Of a stretch of DNA of 64,000 nucleotides, positions 54,238 to 64,000 are shown one piece after another. Each line of letters starts with the position of its first letter. Position 1 is the first letter of the stretch. The stretch comes from Laetmonice hystrix. Taxonomy: Eukaryota. The notes under the pieces are model-generated. The model did not search any database and had not been told where the DNA came from. It saw nothing but the letters and a program-made list of their open reading frames with translations. The stretch covers positions 70,370,001 through 70,434,000 of the forward strand of contig OZ249436.1 in NCBI GenBank assembly GCA_965235115.1, read 5' to 3'. The position numbers and the translations under genes were made by a program.

Positions 54238-54659
54238 CTGGGTCGGGGCCCATAAATTTTTGCCTAAAAATTGACGTAGCATTGACGTAAGAAGTAGAAT
54301 GCTACTTCTTATACCGATTTGACGTAGGTCCGCCTCCGTCCAAGTGGAGAGCCGTCGGTAGGGACTTTCTTTGGCGTGATGTGGGCCTTTATTTCAACGC
54401 AACATCAATTTTTATTAAAACTTTAATGGGACCACATAGAGTATGTTCCTCGTGCCACCATGAAACTTCATATATGTTGATGTAACATTATAAACTACAT
54501 TAATTCAAAGTTTCGTATATTAATTCTTATTTTAGGAAGTTACGCAGGCAGGCTCCACCTGCTTAGAAATAAGCCCCATACGTCAGTTACGTCGGTTACT
54601 TCTATTTGACATAAGTGATTATCTAAATTCTGACGTAACATTTATGGGCCCCGACCCAG
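54238..54659 (-). mobile_element. Complete 422-bp copy of the CTGGGTCGGGGCCC MITE
   Basis: Reverse complement of 17832-18562 without the nested insertion. Confidence 0.9.
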
Positions 54660-57511
54660 GGACCGTGTTGTATTTCTAACCTACTTCAGCATGACCTAAC
54701 CCATCAAAAGGAATCGATACCCAAAGAACAACCACGTATGCCATATCCCATCAGTAAAGGGCAGCCATACAGTATTATATTACTTACATAATTTAAACCA
54801 TGATGAACGGTGCACCCGAACCGGCGTTCGGCCTTACTCATAATATATATGGCCATATACGTATTGATTCAAACAGAATGGGTGATCGTTTATCATTCGT
54901 AGACAACCCCTATAGTCATCAACGTCCGCAAATAAAAATCTATCATATGCGAATTACGAGATAATTTTTTAGTAACAACAGACAGCGCTTCGATATTTTA
55001 GAGAAAATGGGCAATTATATCCAAATAGATAGCTTTTACAAAGACCACAAACACAAAGATTCCTGATCATATGTTGGATTATGAGGAGAATAGATCATAA
55101 TATAGCTAATTTTAGTTTCCGTTAGGACGGAATTCCTAGGCAACAGTGAGGCTTGCACAGGATACTTGATGGATTGCCACCGTCTGTGTCCGAGGGATGG
55201 CCGGTACTTAGGTCCAATGTGATTAACGTAGTCCCTCGAGTAACCTGACCATCTGTCTTTGAATTAGTTATGTGGGCCCAGAAAGGTCGCCTACTCACCA
55301 CTGGGAGTTCGATCGGATTGTCACAGCTCTCGATATCCCGTATGTGCCTATGTCCGTAGATTCAAGTCTTGATTAAGATAAAGAGCGCATAGATATACAT
55401 TTTTAATGGGACATGTCTCCCAGTGTGATTTCAGACACGTTGACAGGGTCCAAGTGTGCTTGCCCCAGTTCCCAATGAGGAGACAAAGTCCTGTGTTAAC
55501 TCCTCGTGAAGAGTAGGGTTGTTCTCTTGAGTAACAGGTCTGTGTCCTCCATTATGTCATCATCGCCATGGGACTCAATTAGTTGAGACTTTGTAGTTTT
55601 TCTCTCACTTAGATGTATATTTTACAGTGGTACAGATGGTGCGAAATGCCCAATGGTTCCCAAATGGGACCTCCGCACTCAGAACTCTATGGACTGCTGC
55701 GGCACCAAAATAGGAGAAATACCAGTGCTGCTGCATGTGTGGAGAAGCCATATAGTTACGAAAATGGAATGTATGGCATGAAATATATCGTATCCTCCGC
55801 GTATCTCACTCGTCCATAATGAAGGACACGAGGGACACAGCCTCGCTGTGTGAATGTGTAACCATGGTCCCCAATAACTCATCCTCGCAAACAGCAGTTC
55901 TGTTTCTCTTCTCATCATTATGTACCCCAGGCAGACTCGAACCCATGGCGTCTGGACGAGCTCCCAAATGGTCCTCTTATTTAATTGCCAGACCCCTGGG
56001 GAGGAAATCCTGCACTATAGAGTGGGCACTTTACAGGTGTTACAGGCCTAGATCTCATTATTGATATACTATAATGTTGGCATATTCACGACGTATATTA
56101 GACATATGATATGACATCAACAAACAAGTACATCTATATATAGATACAACTGTATCGATGTTACTTTCCACTGGCAGTGAGATGATCAGAGATTTAGCCA
56201 AATATTTAGCCTCTCTCTGATAGCGGGAGAAGTGGCGTCACACCCAGCGCCCGGGGACGCTGGAAGTGATGTGAGATGGTGGGGACGTGATTGCGGAATC
56301 AATGATGCAGCGAACAGTTCGGGGGGAGAGAGAGGGGGGACCAATAGCTTACGTATGATGCCGCGAGCCCCTGGGAGGGGGGGGGGTGTACAGCTTACAT
56401 ATGCCAAGACGTGCCGGGTAATAGTAACCGCATATATCCGTCAACAAAATCTGATCGTACCTGCCTTGACGTCAGACCTCCACACAGTATATATGACACG
56501 CGTAAAGTATTATAGACATGTGTAAGGTTCATTTTGCAATTGGCTTCTTGATGTTTACGTGTAGTCTTCACATATCAAATTAGTGCTGGGAATGATAGGT
56601 AAAACTCATTACTTTCTTTCACGGTTTTAGTGTGAAACATACCGAAAAACACGACGCTCGTAATATACATGCGGGTGTCTATCGTTTCCCTGCTTACTGA
56701 ATTAAATCGATTGGTACTCAAGTGTGTAACTGGAAAAGGCTTCTTTTGGAAGAAAATGTGTCGGTAATGCCCTGTCGCCTACAGTAACGTATTTTTAAAT
56801 TCAATCTTTGCGCTGTCAGAAAAGCTGCATATAAGAGCTCTTATCCGGCGTGGCATGGAATTCCAGATGGAATGAGAGAATCGGTAAAATAAAGGAGAGA
56901 AGAAAAAATCCACAATCTCCCTTTACCTATAGCGATGTCGAGGAAATTTGCTTCCTTGCTAGATGTAAATTGGCGTAACGTGGCGGGAATGCTGATCGTG
57001 ATGTTCGCCAGAAGGAGCAGACGACCCGGGCAGACTTTATAACAGTAGATCCACGCCCAGTTATTTCTCGACTGCTCGCCTAATGCTAAAACAATAAAGA
57101 GCCAAGAATCGGTAAAGCTGAAAATCTGCCCACAGCTTGCAAGGTCATATCGGCAACCGGAAATTTAAAAGGGGAATTGTCAGTTGTTGAGAAAAAGGTG
57201 CTCTTGGTCGTAATCGAATCTGTGAGGTGTTGGATCCTGTTCGCCTTCGTCTCTGAAGGGACAGTCCGAATCAAACTTGCCAGTTTTGGCGGGCGTGAGT
57301 TCAGGCGCCGTATTCTTACCACGTAGGAAGAGAGAAAATGCGTACGCCATGCGATAGGCGCAGATGTAATGTCGAGCTCTCATGTGAACGGTTCCATCTG
57401 ATCTTTGAGCCCTGCCTAGAAGTTTCCACGTGCTTGCCCATTTGATGGCCAAGCAGGTCTCGACATCTTCCACATCAAGATACGTTCAAGTACTTACGGG
57501 CGGCAATATTA

Positions 57512-57680
57512 GATTTGGATTTGGGGCTGGCTTTTACCACTCCCCCACAGCCAGGGTCATATCGCGGCGGTCAGTTTTACGGATGGGGGAAACCGGAGTA
57601 CCAGTGAAAAATCATCGACCATGCGGCAAGTCAATCAGGCGAGAGGGGGATTCGAGCCAGTAGGTGAGAGGTCCGGAGCC
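57512..57680 (-). mobile_element. tRNA-derived SINE, 5' end interrupted
   Basis: Minus strand: B-box-like GGCTCGAATCC (57648-57658), GGTACTCCGGTTTCC core motif and (CCAAAT)n tail; the A box is missing because of the adjacent insertion. Confidence 0.65.
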
Positions 57681-57683
57681 TAA

Positions 57684-58122
57684 TGGCCCTGATCCACCGG
57701 TGGCGACACGTTCGTAACAGCTTCGCGATGGAGATGCTCGATCGCGAAGCCGCAGTTGTCATTTTGTTGAGACAGCTTGGCGACATGATTCAGTAAGTCG
57801 CCAAGCTGTCTCGAAGCACGCGCCAAGGTGTCACGAAAATCACATACCTGATCCACCGGTTGCGACAACAACACCCTCGCGAACTGCGTCCGTTGCCAGT
57901 CGCGAATATCAAACTTGTTTGATATTGGCGACACCTGTCGCGAAGCTGTCACAAAGCCAGGTGTGTCGCGAAGCTGTCACCAATCCGTCTCCAAAGCTGA
58001 TCCACCGAAATTGTGTTTCGCGATTGCCGAGCAATTTTTAGATGCTCGGGCTGTCGCGAAGATGTCAAGAACATGTCGCCAACCCATCACGAAGCCCAAT
58101 CGCCACCGGTGGATCAGGGGCA
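57684..58122. mobile_element. PIF/Harbinger-type MITE, 439 bp, TAA TSD
   Basis: TAA|TGGCCCTGATCCACCGGTGGCGA ... TCGCCACCGGTGGATCAGGGGCA|TAA; internal TGATCCACCG and TCGCGA repeats. Confidence 0.8.
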
Positions 58123-58715
58123 TAAGGGGTCTGCGTTGTAATCGCTCCACCGCTTTTCCCTTTCGAAGCATCAAGGTGAAAGTACGCCAGGCATAACAAC
58201 AGTATTCCCCTGTTTGTTTCGATGTGTATTAATGTTCGTTTCCTTGGCGCTGTGAGGCATTTTTTTGCACATGTTTCACTACAACCCCCCAAACTGTCCG
58301 CCATTGTTGTTGTTGATCGGCTACGAAAACTGACCTTGGCTGGAGACCTGTCCCCTCTGCATGGTGGCAGTCTGGCCGCACCATCTCTGGTGCGGCGGTA
58401 GAGGGCAGCAGCAGCGGGTCTCCAGCCAACAACTGACCCAATTTACGGTAATCGCGACAATCGAGCCACTTTTGAGCCACTTTTCAACATAAATTCATGT
58501 CAAGCCTGTGCCACGGACTCGACCCCCGCACCCGGCCGCCCACTTGGTGAGCCCGTTGATCTGTGCTGTAGTCTGAGAGACTCTGACCCTCTCCGAGGGG
58601 AAAGTTGTGTATCATTTCTCTCGAGACCGCGATAATCGAGTGGGATCGTACACAACTCACAAGGGACTGGACAGGAGGTCATTTTTCCATGATTTTGTGT
58701 GTATATACTGTGGTA
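58123..58715 (+). mobile_element. Second Helitron copy, both termini missing
   Basis: About 85-90% similar to 8993-9231 joined to 9715-10040. Confidence 0.8.
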
Positions 58716-58756
58716 TATTTAATCAACCGATGGACTGATGATAAAAATTTAAGAGT

Positions 58757-61700
58757 TCACAAATTCCTTTTAGGAAATAATTCCGGCATTACTTTCAGGT
58801 CACAGTAAACTGTTTCCATTGGTGCGTATTCCGTTGGGATGTTCACCTCGAACGGTCTGTCGGCGTTTATGGGGTGTTTTCTTGTTTGACAGGTGTGACA
58901 AGCTTTGACGTAGTCAGTGATTCTTTGATACAGCAATGGGAAGTAGTACTTTTTCTTGATGGTCAGTGCTACTCGGTTGATACCTTGATGGCACGCTAGC
59001 AGTGAGTCATGGTGCATTGAGATGATCTCGCTCACCATTGATCTTGGAACAGCTAGATTTACTCTGATTTCTTCTGTGTTCGGTTTCTGCGTGAATCTGA
59101 ACAAGACTCTATCTATTAACACATAGTTTTCTGCTTCTAGTAGCACTTTCTTTGCTGCTTTCTTCGCGTTTGGTAATAGGCCCTCATCTAGGTATAAGTG
59201 AATGTCTTTAAAGTCTGGACAGCTTGCCTGTTCCTTTGCAATCTCCCTTTTGGTTTGTGGCAGATGATAGTCTCTTAATACCTTTTGTTTGATTCTCTTT
59301 AGTAGTTGGTTTATACTTGCTTGTTTTGGGGTCCGGCCAATCTTGATGTTTTGATTCGAAAGATTAGAAATGAGCTGAGTTGGCTGGCGGTAGAAATGGT
59401 CTGGTGGTGACGTATGGGTTTCGAAGATTTCTGTCTCACTTGTTTCAGGTGTTTGTGCTTCAATCGGGATGTGTTTTAATGGTGTTTGTGTGTCTACTAG
59501 TCGGTGTGTTTGAGCTTGCTCTCTTGTGTTGTATCTTGGGAATAACAGAGTCATATCGTTATTTACTATTGGCTCTTGTTGTTGCGTAACGCGTTCGGTT
59601 GTAGCTTTGTTTGCCGTTGGTGTTGGGGTGTTATTTCTCACGCTTTTCCTGGCTTTATTTTCGGGTGATATGTCTGCTGGAGGTATTGGTGGCATAGCGA
59701 TGTTGTTTCTTCGCGCCATGGACCTCGTGATTGGGAATGCAATCGTGTCTTCCTGGTTTGTGTCGTCTACTGGCGGTGGGTTTCGCGACAAGTAGTCTGC
59801 GATAACTAGACTCGATCCCTTTTTGTAACCCACTTTTATGCAGTATCCACTCAACTTCTCAAGCAGCCTTTTTATCCTGTCCGACGTGGGCTCTGCCTTG
59901 GATTTCATTATCCTTGGGATGGCGGCGTGATCTGTGTAACACTCAAAATGAGTGCCTTTTACCAGGTGTCTGAATGCTGTTACTGCTATCGTAAGACCTG
60001 TTAGCTCTAATTCTGTGATTCCATAGTTCGATGCAGCTTTCGGAAGAGCTTTAGAGTAGTAGGCTATAAGCCTTTCTGATCCGCCCTGGACTTGCCACAG
60101 GCTCGCTCCTACTCCGATTTTTGAAGTGTCAGTGTACAGTCTGAAGAGTCCCTGGCTGCGTGGCATGGTGAGAATGGGTGATTCTTGTAAGAGTTTTATA
60201 ATCTTGTCGTAGTTATCCTGTGCTATTTGGTCCCATACAAAGTCGGCCTTCTTTGTTGCAATGGAGTGCAGCGGTTGAAGTAGAATTTGGAGATGAGGCA
60301 AGTACATGCTGAGATACGATACTTTGCCTATGAATCCCTTCAACTTCCGTTTTGTTGTTGGAATCGGCAACTTCTGTATTGCTTCCGTTCTCTCCATGAG
60401 AGCTCGGATACATGGTTGTTTGTTATGTATGATAATCTCATGGCCCATGTATGTGACTCGTTCTCTAAACAACTTGGCTTTTGCAGGTGAAATTTTGAGT
60501 CCGTATTTCTGTAGAACTGCAAGGATCGTTTCAACGTGTTGGTAGTGATCTTTGGTCCCTTTTGAGTAGATTATCAAATCATCCATGATTCCTATGCAAA
60601 ACTGGTTGCCCTCTTGAATTTCGTCTAAGATTCGGTTGATTCTGGTTTGGAACTCTGCTGGACTTATGTTAAGGCCCATTGGTAGTTTCTTGTAGAAGTA
60701 TGTTTTTCCACCAAAGTATGAAGCAATTCCTGTGTATTGGCGGCATCTTTCTGATAGATTCAAACAATGATAGGCTTCTTTAAGATCTAGTACTGACAGT
60801 ATTTGAGCTTGGGAGTGTCCTATTATCTGTAGCGTGTCTTTGATAAGAGGAAATGGCAGATTCCTCTTCACGATACGCTGGTTGAGATGTCGGAAATCGG
60901 TGACTAGTCGGTATGTCTTTGTGTCTTTCTTCCTGAGAAGCATAACTGGACTCGAGTACTTGGAGTGTCCTTCCTGCAGAATTCCCATCTTGACTAGTTT
61001 GTTAAGTTCTTTGTCAATGATTGGTTTTTCCGTCGCCGGAACGGTAAATGGCCTGATGTAGAACGGTTTTGTGTCGTTTAACTGAAAGTCGACTGTCATG
61101 TCGGTTTGGCCTACCTCTGAGTGTAAACTAAGCGCGTTTTTGTATTTATTTAACATTGTTCTGACTTTCATTTTTCCCTCCATGTCAAGTACACAGTGCT
61201 CAAATTTAATGTCTCTGTTTATAATTTCTTCGTCAAACATTTTAAGTCGGTCGTCTGTGTCTTCTAGAAAAGGGTATTTCTGTTTCTTATATTCGTACAG
61301 AGTGTCTCGCTCTAGTGGTTCTCCGTCTTGTCCGGTCTTATCTTTTATCGGTTCTGGTGTTGGTCTCTCCGAGCGCGCAGTGCATGCATAGTAGTGTACA
61401 GTGGTGCTTGCTGATGTTATCTCAGCGTGTGATACTGCCGTATACATGTTGGTCATTGCTCTTGGTTCCACAGTTGCCACGGGTTTATCTCGTCTAATCT
61501 TGATTGGCGTGTTTGATGGATTCCGTACGACAATTGCGGCTGTTGAATTTCTGAACTGTACCAACATTAGCTTGGATGATAGGTTTTCGAGGAATTTTGT
61601 GGCTTTGATAAGAATGTTGGAATTCCTTAAAAAGTGTGGTAGTTTCCCCTGTATCGTGATGCTCCTTGTCTGATGGGGTTGTAGGATGGTATCACAAGAT

Positions 61701-62392
61701 GGTTTTAGGAGAATGGAACTCGATTTAAATTTCAGTCTGTGTGTCCTGAACTCAAGTTTGGCGTCGATTTCTCCCATCGACGGGCTTCCTAATACCATTG
61801 ATATTCCCCCTAGGGTATTGACAACTAGTGCGGTCACTAGAAACTTGTGGTCTTGTATGTTAATAGTTACGTCAATAGCATGGTCCGTTGTTAGATATTC
61901 TCCGTTCCCTACCTTGAATCTCATCTGTTTGCATTGGCGTTTTGGTAGTTCTGACAAGTATCTCGACTCATTTATGGTATTAGCACAGATTAATGTGTGT
62001 GATGCTCCTGAATCAAAAAGTATTGTGATGGTTTCGCGATTCGGTAGTTTTGCTGATGTCATGTTTCTGGGATTAAGTTCGAGGCATATTGTTTCATTGT
62101 TGTTCTGGTTTTGTGCGCTGTTAACATGTACTAATGATGCGTCTTCATTGGGATCAAATGTAGTCGACTGTTCGTGAACTTTAAGTACCGTCGTGGTTTC
62201 GTCGTCGGTTAACGTGTTGGTTCTAACCTCTAAACTATGTGCGTTATCCGTTTCTGAATTTGAGTTGGTTGGCAATCTAGTGGGTGTGGTTTTTTGTAAT
62301 GGATGTGGTGAATTATGTGTTGTGGTGGATTTGATTGTGTCTTTGGAAACAGACAGACTGGCGTCCTCTGGCTGTCTCCCCTCTAAAAATCC
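58757..62392 (-). CDS. pol: Gypsy Pol polyprotein (protease, RT, RNase H, integrase zinc finger; integrase core truncated)
   Basis: The frame is open from the gag-end slippery site to the stop at 58757. Motifs: LFDSGAS (D at 62014), YSSPVMLLRKK..YRLVTDFRHLN, LDLKEAYH, LPMGL, IMDD (60589-60578), LYTDTS..ELEL..TDH, HHDSLLACHQG..CHTC. Ends YCDLKVMP plus a short, apparently foreign tail. Confidence 0.95.
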   Translation of the reverse strand, partial: GFLEGRQPEDASLSVSKDTIKSTTTHNSPHPLQKTTPTRLPTNSNSETDNAHSLEVRTNTLTDDETTTVLKVHEQSTTFDPNEDASLVHVNSAQNQNNNETICLELNPRNMTSAKLPNRETITILFDSGASHTLICANTINESRYLSELPKRQCKQMRFKVGNGEYLTTDHAIDVTINIQDHKFLVTALVVNTLGGISMVLGSPSMGEIDAKLEFRTHRLKFKSSSILLKPSCDTILQPHQTRSITIQGKLPHFLRNSNILIKATKFLENLSSKLMLVQFRNSTAAIVVRNPSNTPIKIRRDKPVATVEPRAMTNMYTAVSHAEITSASTTVHYYACTARSERPTPEPIKDKTGQDGEPLERDTLYEYKKQKYPFLEDTDDRLKMFDEEIINRDIKFEHCVLDMEGKMKVRTMLNKYKNALSLHSEVGQTDMTVDFQLNDTKPFYIRPFTVPATEKPIIDKELNKLVKMGILQEGHSKYSSPVMLLRKKDTKTYRLVTDFRHLNQRIVKRNLPFPLIKDTLQIIGHSQAQILSVLDLKEAYHCLNLSERCRQYTGIASYFGGKTYFYKKLPMGLNISPAEFQTRINRILDEIQEGNQFCIGIMDDLIIYSKGTKDHYQHVETILAVLQKYGLKISPAKAKLFRERVTYMGHEIIIHNKQPCIRALMERTEAIQKLPIPTTKRKLKGFIGKVSYLSMYLPHLQILLQPLHSIATKKADFVWDQIAQDNYDKIIKLLQESPILTMPRSQGLFRLYTDTSKIGVGASLWQVQGGSERLIAYYSKALPKAASNYGITELELTGLTIAVTAFRHLVKGTHFECYTDHAAIPRIMKSKAEPTSDRIKRLLEKLSGYCIKVGYKKGSSLVIADYLSRNPPPVDDTNQEDTIAFPITRSMARRNNIAMPPIPPADISPENKARKSVRNNTPTPTANKATTERVTQQQEPIVNNDMTLLFPRYNTREQAQTHRLVDTQTPLKHIPIEAQTPETSETEIFETHTSPPDHFYRQPTQLISNLSNQNIKIGRTPKQASINQLLKRIKQKVLRDYHLPQTKREIAKEQASCPDFKDIHLYLDEGLLPNAKKAAKKVLLEAENYVLIDRVLFRFTQKPNTEEIRVNLAVPRSMVSEIISMHHDSLLACHQGINRVALTIKKKYYFPLLYQRITDYVKACHTCQTRKHPINADRPFEVNIPTEYAPMETVYCDLKVMPELFPKRNL
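62345..62392 (-). promoter_or_regulatory. Predicted -1 ribosomal frameshift signal
   Basis: G GAU UUU heptamer (62392-62386) just before the gag UAG, a 6-nt spacer, then stem GGAGACAG...CUGUUUCC; pol is in the -1 frame. Confidence 0.75.
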
Positions 62393-63447
62393 TGTTCCTG
62401 GCCGTGTTGTAGGTTATCTAGTTTGTTTGCTAACATATAACATTGTCTCCACGCATGTCCTTGTTTGTGACAGAAGTTACATATGATGTCCTGCCTATGG
62501 TTCCTATCGGCGTGTGGTGTTGCGTCTCTCTGTCTTGTTACCTTCTCAGTAGGCCTTTCTCGGCTCTTCGACTTATCTCGGCCGTCATATCGACCTCTGG
62601 ACTCGTATCGCTCCCTCGATTGATATCTACCTCGCGACTCGTGTTGGCCTCGGCCTTCGTGTCGGCCCCTACTCTCATGTCGGCCTCGGCTACGGCTGTC
62701 ATACCGACTCCGGCTATCATAGCGGTTTCTACCCTCATGTTTATTTGTGTTCCTGTAACGCCCTCTAGATTGGTCTCTGCTCCTATCTACCTGTTGTTGG
62801 TTCCCTACCATAGCCATCAATCTGTCCTGTCCTAGCGTTAGTTCCCTTACACAGTGTGTGAGGTGGTCTATTTCTGTCTTTTGGTTTGTTCTCTCCCCTT
62901 GTGTGCATAATATGTTTCCTGCTACCATCGGCTTTTCCCTCTGTAGATCAGCATAGCGCTGTGCCCTCGCTGTTAGATCGTTCAGTTGTACTGCCCCGCT
63001 CATTACCACGAATGTTTTCATCTCAAACGGTAACCCGTTCAGGAACTGTTCCCTGACTAGTTCTGGCCCCAGGTTCAGCCTCTCTGCTAACCTTCTTAGC
63101 TTGTTCGAATATCGCTCCACGCTATCTGGTGGTGTCCACCTGAGCGACCTAAAAGCTTCCAAAGACGCTTCTCTTGACGTTAGTCCTGAGAAATATAGTG
63201 TGAAAGCATCCCTTAAGTTTGCAGGGTTATTAAACTGCTTATTCGCGATCCATTCTCTGGCTTCACCACTGAGTGATAGTTTGAACTGGTTAACCTTGTT
63301 GTTATCGTCGTATTGATGCGCTATACAATAGTCCTCCCATTTCAACCAATGACTGTACGGGTTTGAATCACCTTCCCCTGTAAAAAGTCTGGGAAACAAA
63401 TCGTGTAACCTTGGGAGATACCCATGTTGTTGATTCGGGTTGGCCAT
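62383..63447 (-). CDS. gag: Gypsy Gag (capsid-like domain, RS/RG-rich repeats, CCHC zinc knuckle)
   Basis: 354-aa intact ORF; FTGEGD...WEDYC...KLSLSGEAREW capsid-type region; CNFCHKQGHAWRQC. Confidence 0.93.
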   Translation of the reverse strand: MANPNQQHGYLPRLHDLFPRLFTGEGDSNPYSHWLKWEDYCIAHQYDDNNKVNQFKLSLSGEAREWIANKQFNNPANLRDAFTLYFSGLTSREASLEAFRSLRWTPPDSVERYSNKLRRLAERLNLGPELVREQFLNGLPFEMKTFVVMSGAVQLNDLTARAQRYADLQREKPMVAGNILCTQGERTNQKTEIDHLTHCVRELTLGQDRLMAMVGNQQQVDRSRDQSRGRYRNTNKHEGRNRYDSRSRYDSRSRGRHESRGRHEGRGQHESRGRYQSRERYESRGRYDGRDKSKSRERPTEKVTRQRDATPHADRNHRQDIICNFCHKQGHAWRQCYMLANKLDNLQHGQEQDF

Positions 63448-63689
63448 TGCCTTTCTTTGTTTTGTGAGCTTTGCACCGTCTATCGAACTACCTGTACGTT
63501 ACAACTGTTAAACTTGTTTTGACTACTTGTTTTGTTTTGTTTTTCACCTTGCTTTTCGTCCACACGGTTATTGCTTACTGACATGAACCTCCGATGCCCT
63601 GGTTGAACATAAAGCTAGCACATATCAAAGAATGGGTCTTACCATTTTGTTGTCGTGCAGCTCATTGTCGTTCGAAGCAGATCCGGTTG

Positions 63690-63699
63690 TTCTCCACCA
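63690..63699 (-). promoter_or_regulatory. Primer-binding site, tRNA-Ala type
   Basis: TGGTGGAGAA directly after the LTR end ...CATAACA; complementary to UUCUCCACCA, the 3' end of tRNA-Ala species starting GGGGAA (G3:U70). Confidence 0.7.
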
Positions 63700-63973
63700 T
63701 GTTATGTTGTGAACATGGAAGGGAAGACAGACTTGTTGTGTGCTGAGGTTTTATTCGTCACGATAGACAGTCGCGTCGTGCGTTCTCGTCTCTGTCTATC
63801 TCTCTCTCTCTTTCTATTACATTGTTGTACTATATATACTAAAATGCTTATCATTAGTCAGGTGATTACAAATGGGTCCTCTCTGTAGTGGAGGAGGGTG
63901 CATGATACTTATTTGTTTGCATAAGGAAACGTATGTGGTCATGAAAGATTGGAGCTGACATGGTGTGCTTACA
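63700..63973 (-). repeat. 5' LTR of the Gypsy element
   Basis: Ends in CA next to the PBS; minus-strand TATATATA (about 63838-63831) and AATAAA (about 63754-63749). Candidate TGTAAG start at 63973, but the LTR may extend beyond the window. Confidence 0.6.
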
Positions 63974-64000
63974 TTACTGCGGGAGGTGTTCTATCTTTCC

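Larger units (their letters stand above)
58782..63973 (-). mobile_element. Ty3/Gypsy LTR retrotransposon, 3'-truncated inside integrase
   Basis: LTR, PBS, gag and pol with domain order PR-RT-RH-IN; no PPT or second LTR anywhere in the window. The right boundary is tentative. Confidence 0.95.

Noticed and set aside
57180-57473. Death-domain-like WKLLGR in a 97-aa ORF
   Set aside because: The resemblance is limited to a few residues and there is no consistent exon structure.
1-57500. Homeobox or other host exons suggested by homeodomain-site clusters
   Set aside because: No WFQNRR-type or other recognisable host coding motif was found by eye in either strand.
58065-58304. Captured gene MADSLGGCSETCAKK... 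inside the Helitron
   Set aside because: The sister copy (9040-9180) has a net frameshift, stops and non-synonymous changes, so there is no sign of coding constraint.
59380-63316. Plus-strand ORFs over the Gypsy element
   Set aside because: Antisense shadows of gag and pol with no independent motifs.

Overview
Eukaryotic, repeat-dense, apparently non-genic DNA from an invertebrate animal (inferred from roughly 40-45% GC, no obvious CpG depletion, many microsatellites, poly-G/C runs and MITEs). No host protein-coding gene, tRNA, rRNA or CRISPR array can be called with confidence. The only intact coding sequences are gag and pol of a minus-strand Ty3/Gypsy LTR retrotransposon at the right end (about 58.8-64.0 kb). 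It has a 5' LTR, a tRNA-Ala-type PBS and a -1 frameshift signal, and carries PR, RT (IMDD motif), RNase H and the integrase zinc finger, but it is cut off at the start of the integrase core. The rest is nested mobile DNA: a 2.76-kb foldback with 1.1-kb inverted arms, a 3.3-kb PIF/Harbinger relic with remnants of both genes, Harbinger-, hAT-, MULE- and Kolobok-type MITEs, a non-autonomous Helitron (two copies), a DINE-1/HINE-like Helentron derivative, three decayed CR1/L2-group LINE pieces, tRNA-type SINE pieces and a 45-copy 44-bp minisatellite. I did not find evidence strong enough to claim a new biological system. The foldback and the integrase-less but otherwise intact Gypsy are the best leads. 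All alignments and translations were done by eye; boundaries without a stated TSD are approximate.
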